A stretch of 64,000 bases of DNA from Chloroflexota bacterium. Its GTDB lineage: Bacteria; Chloroflexota; Dehalococcoidia; JACVQG01; JAHKAY01. Numbering within the stretch: the first letter of the stretch is position 1; each line of letters begins with the position of its first letter. Positions 56,666-64,000 of this stretch are shown piece by piece. The notes below the pieces were generated by a model. It had not been told where the DNA came from. It did not search any database and saw nothing but the letters and a program-made list of their open reading frames with translations. Location of the stretch: contig JAHKAY010000029.1 of assembly GCA_018825785.1 (NCBI GenBank), positions 4,143 to 68,142 on the forward strand. Reading direction: 5' to 3'. A program made the translations under genes and the position numbers.

Positions 56666-57907
56666 ATGACCTGGATGTGGAATAACTTCTTCTTGTTTCT
56701 CTTGGTTGTGTGCATCGGGCTATCGGCCTTTTTCTCCCTGGTGGAAGCCGCCTTCCTTTCCCTGCCGAGGAGCCGCGTCAGCTACCGGGCCCAGCAGGGC
56801 TCCCTGCGGGCGGCCCAGGTGGAGGAGGTGATGCGGCACCCGGAGCGATTCCTGGCCACGGTCCTCTTCGGCAACGACCTGGCCAATACCGCAGCCGGGG
56901 TCCTGGGGGCGGCCCTGGCGATGTCCCTTTTGGGGCCCAGCTGGGGGGTGGTGGTGGCCACGGTGGTGATGGCCATCGCCGTCCTCCTCCTGGCTGATGC
57001 CATCCCCAAGACCTTCGCCGTGCGCCATGCCGAGGGGGTGGCCCTCTTTACGGTGGGGCTGGTGAGGCTCCTGGAGGGCTGGCTCTCCCCGCTGGTCACC
57101 GCCATCAGCTGGGTTGGGGCCCAGGTTACTGGCGGCAAGCCCCTGAAATACCTGACCAGCGAGGAGGAGATACGCTCCATCATCTCGTTGGGGGAGAGGG
57201 AGGGGACGGTGGAGAAGGCCGAGGCCCAGATGCTCCACAAGGTCTTTGAGTTCGGGGACCGGCCGGTTAGAGAAGTGATGACCCCCCGCCCCGATATTAT
57301 CGCCTTGGAGAAGGGAAGCCCGCTGGATAAGCTGTTTGAGACCTATGCCCAGTATCCATACTCCCGCTTCCTGGTGTATGAGGGCTCCCTGGACAATATC
57401 GTGGGCCTGGTTACCATTAAAGATGTCCTCATGGGCCAGGCCCAGGGGAACCTGCCCCAGACCATAGATAGCCTTGTCCGGCCCATCCCCTTTGTCCCCT
57501 TGACCAAGCCCCTGGGGAGGCTCTTCACGGAGATGCAGGCCTCGGGGGTTCCTATGGTGGCGGTGGTGGATGAATACGGGGGCATTGCCGGCATTGCCAC
57601 CCTGGGCCGTCTGGTGGAGGAGATTGTGGGGGAGATGAAGGACGAGCTGGCCCTGGAGGAAAAAGAGGTTGAGACCATTGGCGAGAACGCCTTTGAGGTG
57701 GATGCCAGCCTGCGGATTGAGGAGGTCAACCAGCAGCTGGGCCTGAGCATCCCCCCGGGGGACTATGAGACCCTGGCGGGGTTTGCCCTTAGCCGGCTGG
57801 GCCATGTCCCCCGGGAGGGGGAGCAGTTCAAGTACAACGGCTGGAAGGTACTGGTTGTCCAGGTAAAGGGGCTCAGGATAGAGAAGCTCCTTATCACTAA
57901 GGAATAG
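56666..57907 (+). CDS. CNNM/HlyC-family (DUF21-CBS-CorC_HlyC) transporter-associated protein
   Basis: N-terminal 4-TM DUF21, two CBS domains and a C-terminal CorC_HlyC domain. Confidence 0.85.
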   Translation: MTWMWNNFFLFLLVVCIGLSAFFSLVEAAFLSLPRSRVSYRAQQGSLRAAQVEEVMRHPERFLATVLFGNDLANTAAGVLGAALAMSLLGPSWGVVVATVVMAIAVLLLADAIPKTFAVRHAEGVALFTVGLVRLLEGWLSPLVTAISWVGAQVTGGKPLKYLTSEEEIRSIISLGEREGTVEKAEAQMLHKVFEFGDRPVREVMTPRPDIIALEKGSPLDKLFETYAQYPYSRFLVYEGSLDNIVGLVTIKDVLMGQAQGNLPQTIDSLVRPIPFVPLTKPLGRLFTEMQASGVPMVAVVDEYGGIAGIATLGRLVEEIVGEMKDELALEEKEVETIGENAFEVDASLRIEEVNQQLGLSIPPGDYETLAGFALSRLGHVPREGEQFKYNGWKVLVVQVKGLRIEKLLITKE

Positions 57908-58540
57908 ATGCTGCGCTGGAGGATAAGGTTCTCCCGGGGGGAGGAGCTGAAATACCTTTCCCACCTGGACCTGGTGCGCCTGTGGGAGCGGGGCCTGAGA
58001 CGGGCAGGGGTGGCCCTGGCCTATTCCCAGGGCTTCAGCCCCCACCCCCATCTCTCTATGGTAGCCCCCCTCCCCCTGGGGTTCACCAGCCGGGGGGAGG
58101 TCCTGGAGGTCTATCTCAAGAGGCCTCAGAAGCTCCTGGCTCCCGCCCTGGAACGGGCCCTGCCCCCGGGGATAAAGGTCCTGGGGATGGAGCCGGTGCC
58201 CTTGAGTGCCCCCTCCCTCCCCTCCCAGGTCCGCTCTGCCCAATACCGGGTGGAGGTAGCGGGGGACAGGGGGCAGGGGGAGGTAGAAGAGGCCATCCGG
58301 GCTTTCCTGCAGAAGGAGAGCCTCCCCTGGCAGCACCGCAGGGACAAAGAGATAAGGCACTATGACCTCCGGGCCCTGGTGCTGGTGCTTGAGGCGGGGG
58401 GCTGGGACCCCCAGGGCTATTTCCTTGAGATGAAGCTGGTCTGTTCCCCCCAGGCCAGCGGCCGTCCGGAGCAGGTGGCCCTGGCCCTGGGCCTGAAGCC
58501 CCTGGCCGTGGAGCGCCTGGGCCTGGAGCTCGGGCTGTAA
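57908..58540 (+). CDS. DUF2344/TIGR03936 (radical SAM-linked) family protein
   Basis: 210 aa beginning MLRWRIRFSRGEELKYLSHLDLVRLWERGLRRAG, typical of TIGR03936. Confidence 0.5.
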   Translation: MLRWRIRFSRGEELKYLSHLDLVRLWERGLRRAGVALAYSQGFSPHPHLSMVAPLPLGFTSRGEVLEVYLKRPQKLLAPALERALPPGIKVLGMEPVPLSAPSLPSQVRSAQYRVEVAGDRGQGEVEEAIRAFLQKESLPWQHRRDKEIRHYDLRALVLVLEAGGWDPQGYFLEMKLVCSPQASGRPEQVALALGLKPLAVERLGLELGL

Positions 58541-58541
58541 T

Positions 58542-59171
58542 ATGAGGCTCATCCTGGTCCGGCATGGGGAGACCCCCTGGAACGAGGCGCGCCGGGTCCA
58601 GGGGGGAAGGAGCGATATCGGGCTTGGGGAAAGGGGCCTGGCCCAGGTGGAAAGGCTGGCCGTGGCCCTGGCCGGGGAGAATATCCAGGCGGTCTATTCC
58701 AGCCCCCTGAAGCGGGCCCTGGCTACCGCCCGGGCCATCGCCCGTCCCCATGGGCTTGAGGTGCGTCCCCTCTCCTCCCTCCGGGAGATAGATGCGGGCC
58801 AGGCGGAAGGGCTCCCCGTTGACAGGCTCAAGGAGGACTTTGCCCCTTTCTGGAAGGAGTGGCGGGAGGGCGACGGCCCCATCACCTGGCCGGGGGGGGA
58901 ATCGGTGGAGCAGGTTGCCCGGCGGGCCTGGGGGGCAATAGCCAGGCTCCGGCGCCGCCACCCTGGTGAGACGGTGGTGGTGGTGGGCCACGCCTTTGTC
59001 ATCACCTCCATCCTGGTGAGGGCCCTGGGCCTGCCCCCGGGCCACTTCCGCCGCCTACGGGTAGAGGCGGGGAGCGTGTCCGTCCTGGAGCTGAACCAGA
59101 AAGGGCCGCTCCATAACCGGCTTCTCCTGCTGAACCATACCTGTCCCATAAGGGAGGATGGACATAGATAG
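58542..59171 (+). CDS. histidine phosphatase (phosphoglycerate mutase) family protein
   Basis: RHGETPWN catalytic motif and a C-terminal His (VVVGHAFVI). Confidence 0.75.
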   Translation: MRLILVRHGETPWNEARRVQGGRSDIGLGERGLAQVERLAVALAGENIQAVYSSPLKRALATARAIARPHGLEVRPLSSLREIDAGQAEGLPVDRLKEDFAPFWKEWREGDGPITWPGGESVEQVARRAWGAIARLRRRHPGETVVVVGHAFVITSILVRALGLPPGHFRRLRVEAGSVSVLELNQKGPLHNRLLLLNHTCPIREDGHR

Positions 59172-59180
59172 GGAGGGAAA

Positions 59181-60101
59181 ATGATAGCTATCGGTGAAAG
59201 CATCCATGTCATCTCGCCCAGGGTGCGGGTGGCCATTGAGGGGAGGGAGGAGACCTTTCTCCAGGAGCTGGCCCTGAAACAGGTGGCGGGCGGGGCCCAG
59301 ATACTGGACCTGAACATCGGCCCCCAGAAGAAGGCCGGCCCCGAGGTCATGGCCTGGATGGTGGAGATTATCCAGGAGGTGACCGATGTCCGGCTGTCTC
59401 TGGATACCACCAATGCCGCCGCCATCGAGGCGGGGCTGAAGGGGGTGAAGAGGAAGGCCCTCATCAACAGCACCGATGCCACCCCTCAGAGGATAGAGGC
59501 CCTGATGCCCCTGGCCGCCAAATACAATGCCGGCATTATCGCCCTCACCCTGGCCGCCACCGGCCTGCCCACCACCGCCGATGCCCGGATTCAGCTGGCC
59601 TCGGAGTGCATCTTCCCTGCCTGCGAGAGATACGGCCTTCCTATGGAGGACCTCTACCTGGACCCTCTGGTCCTCGCCGTGAACGGGAACCAGGACCAGG
59701 CCCAGGCCACCATTGAGGCGGTGCGCTTTTTCAAGCAGATGGCCGACCCTCCCCCCAAGACCGTCTGCGGTCTCTCCAATATTTCCAACGGCGCCCCCAA
59801 CGAGCTGCGCCCCCTCATCAACCGGGTCTTCCTCCTGATGATGATGGGGGCCGGGCTGGACTCCGCCATCATGGACACCCTGGATGCCGAGACCATGGAG
59901 GCCATCAGGGTGGTGGAGGCCAGGGACACCAGCACCCTCAGAGGCCGGCTTCATCTTGCCATCTACGATGCCTACTGCCGGGGGGAGAGCTTTGACCCCT
60001 CGGGCTTTGACCCCAAGGACCCCCAGACCCGGGATATTCTCCGCACCGTCCAGATGCTGGAGAACCGGTTCCTCTACGCCCACGGCTACCTCAAGGTCTA
60101 G
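59181..60101 (+). CDS. pterin-binding (DHPS-like) methyltransferase, MtrH/AcsE family
   Basis: 306-aa TIM barrel with LDLNIGPQ and CGLSNISNG motifs resembling methyl-H4folate:corrinoid methyltransferases. Confidence 0.55.
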   Translation: MIAIGESIHVISPRVRVAIEGREETFLQELALKQVAGGAQILDLNIGPQKKAGPEVMAWMVEIIQEVTDVRLSLDTTNAAAIEAGLKGVKRKALINSTDATPQRIEALMPLAAKYNAGIIALTLAATGLPTTADARIQLASECIFPACERYGLPMEDLYLDPLVLAVNGNQDQAQATIEAVRFFKQMADPPPKTVCGLSNISNGAPNELRPLINRVFLLMMMGAGLDSAIMDTLDAETMEAIRVVEARDTSTLRGRLHLAIYDAYCRGESFDPSGFDPKDPQTRDILRTVQMLENRFLYAHGYLKV

Positions 60102-60140
60102 GGCCTTGAAATCTTAAACGGTTCCGTGTAAAATAGGGCC

Positions 60141-60362
60141 ATGAAAAGGCCCTGGACGGCGAAGAAGGTCCGGGAGCTGAGGCAGCACCTGGGGCTCACC
60201 CAGGGGGCGATGGCCCAGGAGATGGGGACCCGCCAGCAGACCATCTCGGAGTGGGAAAGAGGGGTATACGTGCCCCGGGGCACCTCCTGCACCCTCCTGA
60301 ACATCATTGCCGAGAGGGCGGGCTTCAAGTATGAGGCCGCCGGACCCCTAGACCATGACTGA
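60141..60362 (+). CDS. XRE-family HTH protein
   Basis: VRELRQHLGLTQGAMAQEMGTRQQTISEWERG helix-turn-helix. Confidence 0.6.
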   Translation: MKRPWTAKKVRELRQHLGLTQGAMAQEMGTRQQTISEWERGVYVPRGTSCTLLNIIAERAGFKYEAAGPLDHD

Positions 60363-60993
60363 GAAGGAGCTGGCCAGGCGCTGGAGGGGGCTGAGGGGGA
60401 GGGAGGTGCTCACCAGCCGGGGGAAGGTGAGGGTGCTCTACCCGGGGAGGGCCAACGGAGGCGGGGGGCCGGACTTCATCGGGGCCGCCCTCCTGGGGGA
60501 GAAGGGCATGGTGCGGGGAGATGTGGAGGTGCACCTCTCCTCCCGGGACTGGCGGGCCCACGGCCACCACCGGGACCCCCACTATGATAATGTGGTCCTC
60601 CACGTGGTTATGGTGGATGATGCCCCCGGCCCTATCCCTTCCCTGGTCCTGCGCCCCCCGGCGGGGGAGGACCCCCTCCCCTGCCCCCGGAATGCCCCCC
60701 CTCCTGTCCTGGTGCGCATGGGGGAAGAGCGCTTTCGGGCCAAGGGGCAGAGGTTGCTGGGGATGGCCGAAGCCCGAGGCCCCGGCCAGGCCCTCTATGA
60801 GGGGGTGATGGAGGCCCTGGGCTACTCCCGAAACCAGGGGCCCATGGTGGAACTGGCCCGCCTTCTGCCCCTGGCGGTCCTGGAGGAGGAAGGCCCTTCA
60901 GCCCTGGAAGGGAGGCTCCGAGAGGGGGCCGGGAAAATCCCGGGCTGGGAGCTATCAGGGGCAAGGCCCACAAATCACCCCTTGCGATGCTGA
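60355..60993 (+). CDS. DUF2851-family protein, apparently C-terminally truncated at the mobile-element junction
   Basis: N-terminal DUF2851 pattern (LTSRGKVRVLYPGRANGGGGPDFIGAAL ... GDVEVHLSSRDWRAHGH), but only 212 aa versus about 400 for the family. Confidence 0.45.
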   Translation: MTEKELARRWRGLRGREVLTSRGKVRVLYPGRANGGGGPDFIGAALLGEKGMVRGDVEVHLSSRDWRAHGHHRDPHYDNVVLHVVMVDDAPGPIPSLVLRPPAGEDPLPCPRNAPPPVLVRMGEERFRAKGQRLLGMAEARGPGQALYEGVMEALGYSRNQGPMVELARLLPLAVLEEEGPSALEGRLREGAGKIPGWELSGARPTNHPLRC

Positions 60994-61062
60994 ACACAAT
61001 CACGTCTTCCCCCTCAGATTTGCGGTAGCCCTCGCTAACCCCCGCCTGGAGGGCATGCCCCG

Positions 61063-61797
61063 GTGAATGTTGGGGATCCCATCCCACAGCCCAAGGCTTA
61101 TCTGGACCCGGAAGAGGTTGAGAAGCTGACAGCCGCTGCCTGCAATCTGAGGGACCGGCTCCTCATCCGCCTCCTGTTCCGCCTGGGATGCCGGGTGTCG
61201 GAGGCCCTCGCCCTCAAGGTGCAGGATGTGGACTTCGTCCGGGGCACTGTCACCATAGAGCACCTCAAAGCTCGGATGCGGCTCTCTTGCCCGAGATGTG
61301 GAGCCAGGCTGGGCAGAACCCATATTTTCTGCCCGAAGTGCGCTACTGGCGTGCAGGAAGCCCAGCATAGCCAGCACGAGCAACGCCGCATGAGGGCCCT
61401 GCCCGTCGATATGGAAACCCTTGAAATGCTCCGGGACTACGTCAGGCGGGACGGCCCCGTCATAAAGGGCGGAAGGCTGCTCATCTTCGGCATCGGGCGT
61501 GGACAGGCCTGGCGGGTGGTGAGGGAGGCTGCCCATAGGGCAGGGCTGCCTCCTCTGGCCAACCCGGGGACGGGCCGGGTTGTTGGCGTGAGCCCCCACC
61601 GCCTCAGGGACGCCTTTGCAGTTCATGCGGTGAAGCTTGATGATTCCGGCGACGGGCTCAGGCTTCTTCAGGAGCATCTAGGACATGCCAACTTCAACAC
61701 TACCGCCAGGTATCGGAAGGTGAGCGGTCAGGAGCACCGACGGTGGTATGAGCGTCTATGGAGCGAAAATGACGCAGGTGAACAACTTTCTAGTTGA
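61063..61797 (+). CDS. tyrosine recombinase/integrase, catalytic-domain-only with inserted Cys4 zinc ribbon
   Basis: R (GCRVSEAL), H-x-x-R (PHRLRDAFAVH), and HLGHANFNTTARY with the catalytic Tyr. CPRCGARLGRTHIFCPKC is inserted between boxes. No N-terminal SAM-like domain. Confidence 0.75.
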   Translation: MNVGDPIPQPKAYLDPEEVEKLTAAACNLRDRLLIRLLFRLGCRVSEALALKVQDVDFVRGTVTIEHLKARMRLSCPRCGARLGRTHIFCPKCATGVQEAQHSQHEQRRMRALPVDMETLEMLRDYVRRDGPVIKGGRLLIFGIGRGQAWRVVREAAHRAGLPPLANPGTGRVVGVSPHRLRDAFAVHAVKLDDSGDGLRLLQEHLGHANFNTTARYRKVSGQEHRRWYERLWSENDAGEQLSS

Positions 61798-61966
61798 TTA
61801 TTTTGGCGAATCTAACGCCGCCACCATACTACCCGAATTACTCGACCGCCTGATTGCCCTTGGCGAGAGGGCAAGACAAATTAGCCATACCCTTGACAAC
61901 AGGGGGCACCGACCGGAGGTAGCGGCAGCGCTAGTAGGATATTTGAAGCGCCAAGCCCATAGATAG
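61748..61966 (+). CDS. hypothetical small protein
   Basis: 72-aa ORF in the low-GC element, overlapping the integrase end. No recognisable motif. Confidence 0.3.
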   Translation: MSVYGAKMTQVNNFLVDYFGESNAATILPELLDRLIALGERARQISHTLDNRGHRPEVAAALVGYLKRQAHR

Positions 61967-62099
61967 GCTGGTGCCTTCTCTTTCTTAACAAGGAGGGCTG
62001 GATGAATAAGGAGTGAGGATAATAACGAAATAGCCGGAGGCCAAGGCTAGTCTCCGGTTAAAGAAAAGAAGTAAGAAATACGATGAGGAGGAGATTGAA

Positions 62100-62903
62100 A
62101 TGGTTACGTGCGGACTTTGTGGCAAACAAGTCAGGACTGCGCAGGGACTGAGAGGTCATAGAACCTTCGTTCATGGAACTGCCGGTAGTACTCAGCAGCC
62201 AGTTGCTCGACTAGCTACTGAGCAGCAAGTGAGTTTACTGGAGGACAGACTCCAGCAGCTCGAACGAGTTACTGGACTACGTGAGGCAGACTCAGGTTTC
62301 TCACTGAGTGATACTGAGCCACTCACTGACAGACTAACTAATATTGCTGAGCAGGTGACTAAGCTCGGGGATGCCGTCGGTAAGCTCAGTGACATAGTCA
62401 GCAAACTGAGTGGAGACGTAGAACTGGCGAAGGCCGATAGGCTGACGGTAGGCGAATTGAGTCACAAGTTGAAGGAAGCTCAAAACAGCCTTGCTGGTGT
62501 TGTTGATAACCGTTGTGATGCCTTCAACAAGAACTTCGAGGTTCACCAGTCTAAGATTGACGGAGTTCAAGGGCTGATTGAAGATCTTGCTGAAGGTCTG
62601 AATGAGATCAAGACAAAGCTAACCACACATGGGCACGGCGGTCTGAGTCTAATACCACAGTTGAGCAGTAGACTGCAACAGGTTGGTGAAGAGATAGCGG
62701 GGCTGCATCCGGGGGTTGCTAAAGCTCAAGCCCTTGCTGTTCGTAGGCCAACCGATGACTTTGAGAAACTAGAACTGGCTAATGGGTCTAAGCATACTTT
62801 TCGGGTATATAAGGGCAAAAGGGGATTGTCTAACCCGCATCGAGTCAGCATAGACCCGTTCTTTGGTGATAAGTATGTGGACTTGGCCGAGCCTGAAGAT
62901 TAG
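62100..62903 (+). CDS. C2H2 zinc-finger plus coiled-coil protein (element cargo)
   Basis: N-terminal CGLCGKQVRTAQGLRGHRTFVH (C-x2-C-x12-H-x4-H), followed by about 180 aa of heptad-like repeats. Low-GC codon usage. Confidence 0.6.
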   Translation: MVTCGLCGKQVRTAQGLRGHRTFVHGTAGSTQQPVARLATEQQVSLLEDRLQQLERVTGLREADSGFSLSDTEPLTDRLTNIAEQVTKLGDAVGKLSDIVSKLSGDVELAKADRLTVGELSHKLKEAQNSLAGVVDNRCDAFNKNFEVHQSKIDGVQGLIEDLAEGLNEIKTKLTTHGHGGLSLIPQLSSRLQQVGEEIAGLHPGVAKAQALAVRRPTDDFEKLELANGSKHTFRVYKGKRGLSNPHRVSIDPFFGDKYVDLAEPED

Positions 62904-63159
62904 ACAATGGCTGTCGTCTGTATCACTAGACCAGCCCGCGGATTTGGAAAGGGCACAACAATGTCTGTATCAGCGGCCACCATTGAACCAAATGTCCAAT
63001 CGTTGCGCGCGCGGGTTTCCAACAGAACCCGCTCTAAACTACCTGTCCAGATTTCGGGGACCCTCTCACTGTGCCGACCGCCGGGGAAACGCCGCCCAAT
63101 AACTCCAGCAGAGTCCGCAGTATCCGGCAACTATTCTTGCTGGACCCCTTGTCCGCCCC

Positions 63160-64000
63160 TCATCGACCGGAAAGCAAGATCCCCTTCAGGTACTCTACAA
63201 AGTTCACTCGTCGAAAGGCGAGAAGTTCGCGTTGCGTATTTGCCACAGCCCATTCCTTTTCAGGTATCTGCCTTCTCATTTCGCCTATCTGGCGCTCAAG
63301 TGGCCGGCGTTTCTTTGCCAACTGCTCTCTGGCGCACTGTAACCGCCTAACCAGAGCGGCGCGCTCTTGGCTGGACTTCTGCCGAACGCTGTCCTTCTTT
63401 TGCTCCTCACCCTCCCTGACAACGACCTCTTCCTGATCCAGTGCAACACGGTCACGTTCATACCGTGACTCAATTGCAGACTGCTGTGCGTGAGGCAAAG
63501 AGTTGGGGATACTGCTTCGCAGTTGAGAGTCTATATGCCTACGCCACGCCAACAGAAGTGCCGCCTTCTTTGGGCCAATGCCCTCCACGTGCACGTTCCC
63601 TCGCCCTGGCACTTCGATGTAGGCAACCTGCTGCCAATACCGGCCCCACCCCGTCTGAGTAACGCGAACATTCGCGATGTCTGCGGCGCTTCTGACTCCT
63701 GCGGAAGAAAGGCGCTTCTTCATTGTCGCTCCGATGCCAGTGATCGCCGCACTGGAAAGGTAATACTGGGCAAGACGGCTGCTGACGTGCTGGTTCTGAA
63801 GACTGCGCAGCGTCCGGGCTAGCTCAGTCGTCTGGGACCGCACGAGAGCGTGTCGGCGCTGGTTCACACTGGCGAGAGCCTGCTGCAGGTTCAGGTCAAC
63901 AGCTTCAAGCTCCTCCCTTTCACTCTTCGCCGACTCAGCCTGTCTAGCTTTGGAGGTGGTCACCTCCTTGCCTTCGTCTAGGGTCAGTTCTTGGAGTTCC
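63160..64000 (-). CDS. coiled-coil protein with tandem helix-hairpin-helix motifs (partial; N-terminus beyond the window)
   Basis: ITGIGATMKKRLSSAGVRSAADIA and VEGIGPKKAALLLAW HhH motifs flanked by coiled-coil. The frame stays open to the window end. Confidence 0.5.
   Translation of the reverse strand, partial: ELQELTLDEGKEVTTSKARQAESAKSEREELEAVDLNLQQALASVNQRRHALVRSQTTELARTLRSLQNQHVSSRLAQYYLSSAAITGIGATMKKRLSSAGVRSAADIANVRVTQTGWGRYWQQVAYIEVPGRGNVHVEGIGPKKAALLLAWRRHIDSQLRSSIPNSLPHAQQSAIESRYERDRVALDQEEVVVREGEEQKKDSVRQKSSQERAALVRRLQCAREQLAKKRRPLERQIGEMRRQIPEKEWAVANTQRELLAFRRVNFVEYLKGILLSGR

Larger units (their letters stand above)
61063..64000 (+). mobile_element. lower-GC integrative element, 5' portion (integrase plus cargo), continues beyond the window
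   Basis: A tyrosine recombinase gene at the junction, GC dropping to about 50% from about 61800, cargo genes with no housekeeping homologs, and a truncated flanking DUF2851 gene. Confidence 0.5.

Noticed and set aside
56720-58552. 610-aa ORF on the minus strand
   Set aside because: Antisense to the CNNM and DUF2344 genes. Composition-driven (G/P/Q/H-rich), no domain.
60994-61062. DUF2851-integrase read-through fusion (the two ORFs are in the same frame)
   Set aside because: Two in-frame stops (TGA 60991-60993 and TAA 61036-61038) separate them.
60994-61062. tRNA or tmRNA integration target at the element junction
   Set aside because: No cloverleaf-compatible sequence or tRNA 3' end is recognisable in the 70-nt junction or nearby.
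62907-63350. 147-aa + strand ORF
   Set aside because: It overlaps the convergent HhH coiled-coil gene and is S/R/P-rich low-complexity. The region 62904-63160 is more likely intergenic, with a hairpin gcgggtt-N8-aacccgc.

Overview
This is a high-GC (~65-68%) bacterial chromosomal segment, densely packed with genes, and most likely from an anaerobe. It has a split 4-subunit pyruvate:ferredoxin oxidoreductase, radical-SAM siroheme-dependent heme synthesis, two hemerythrin-like proteins, and an rny-ymdB gene pair. Every product call below comes from reading the translated ORFs and recognising motifs by eye; no database search was run.

Main blocks, in order along the window:
- porA(partial)-porD-porG, followed by a redox cluster (rubrerythrin-like, TrxB-like, glutaredoxin-like), an HhH-GPD glycosylase, rho and pyrG.
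- A lipoprotein, corA, a YhhQ queuosine-precursor transporter, an MBL hydrolase, a Mut7-C protein and a CPA2 antiporter.
- A low-GC arsenic island (arsR-small ORF-arsM-acr3).
- rny-ymdB-PHP, sppA, and a Spy/ZraP-like periplasmic protein next to an OmpR/HK two-component system, a Crp/Fnr regulator, a DUF2249 protein and a YwiC-like protein.
- fabF, then a long minus-strand operon: MerR-ahbC/D-ahbAB-sirC-hemA-hemC-cobA/hemD-hemB-(LMW-PTP/ArsC-like)-hemL. This is the complete siroheme route to heme.
- A large minus-strand sulfur-assimilation cluster: Rrf2(CymR-like)-cysK-cysM-moeB/thiF-cysO(ThiS-like with a GG+SGS tail) | TauE-cysH-small sulfite reductase-tusA-hemerythrin-dsrE-SCP2-JAMM. Two near-identical 19-bp palindromic operators sit inside sigma70-like promoters.
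- purF-purM-purH, NAD salvage (pncA, pncB), tilS and tsaD.
- The 3' end is a lower-GC mobile element: a short tyrosine recombinase with a zinc-ribbon insert, a C2H2 zinc-finger coiled-coil protein, and a partial HhH coiled-coil protein. It appears to have truncated a DUF2851 gene.

The most notable non-coding observation is a ~95-nt two-hairpin element present in two near-identical copies (after corA and after rny). Its second hairpin (12-bp stem, 3-nt loop, identical arms) contains the Shine-Dalgarno of the next gene. A third possible fragment lies upstream of the ArsC-like gene. Several genes carry a TATAAT box immediately upstream of the start codon, suggesting leaderless mRNAs.

No rRNA, tRNA or CRISPR arrays were seen.
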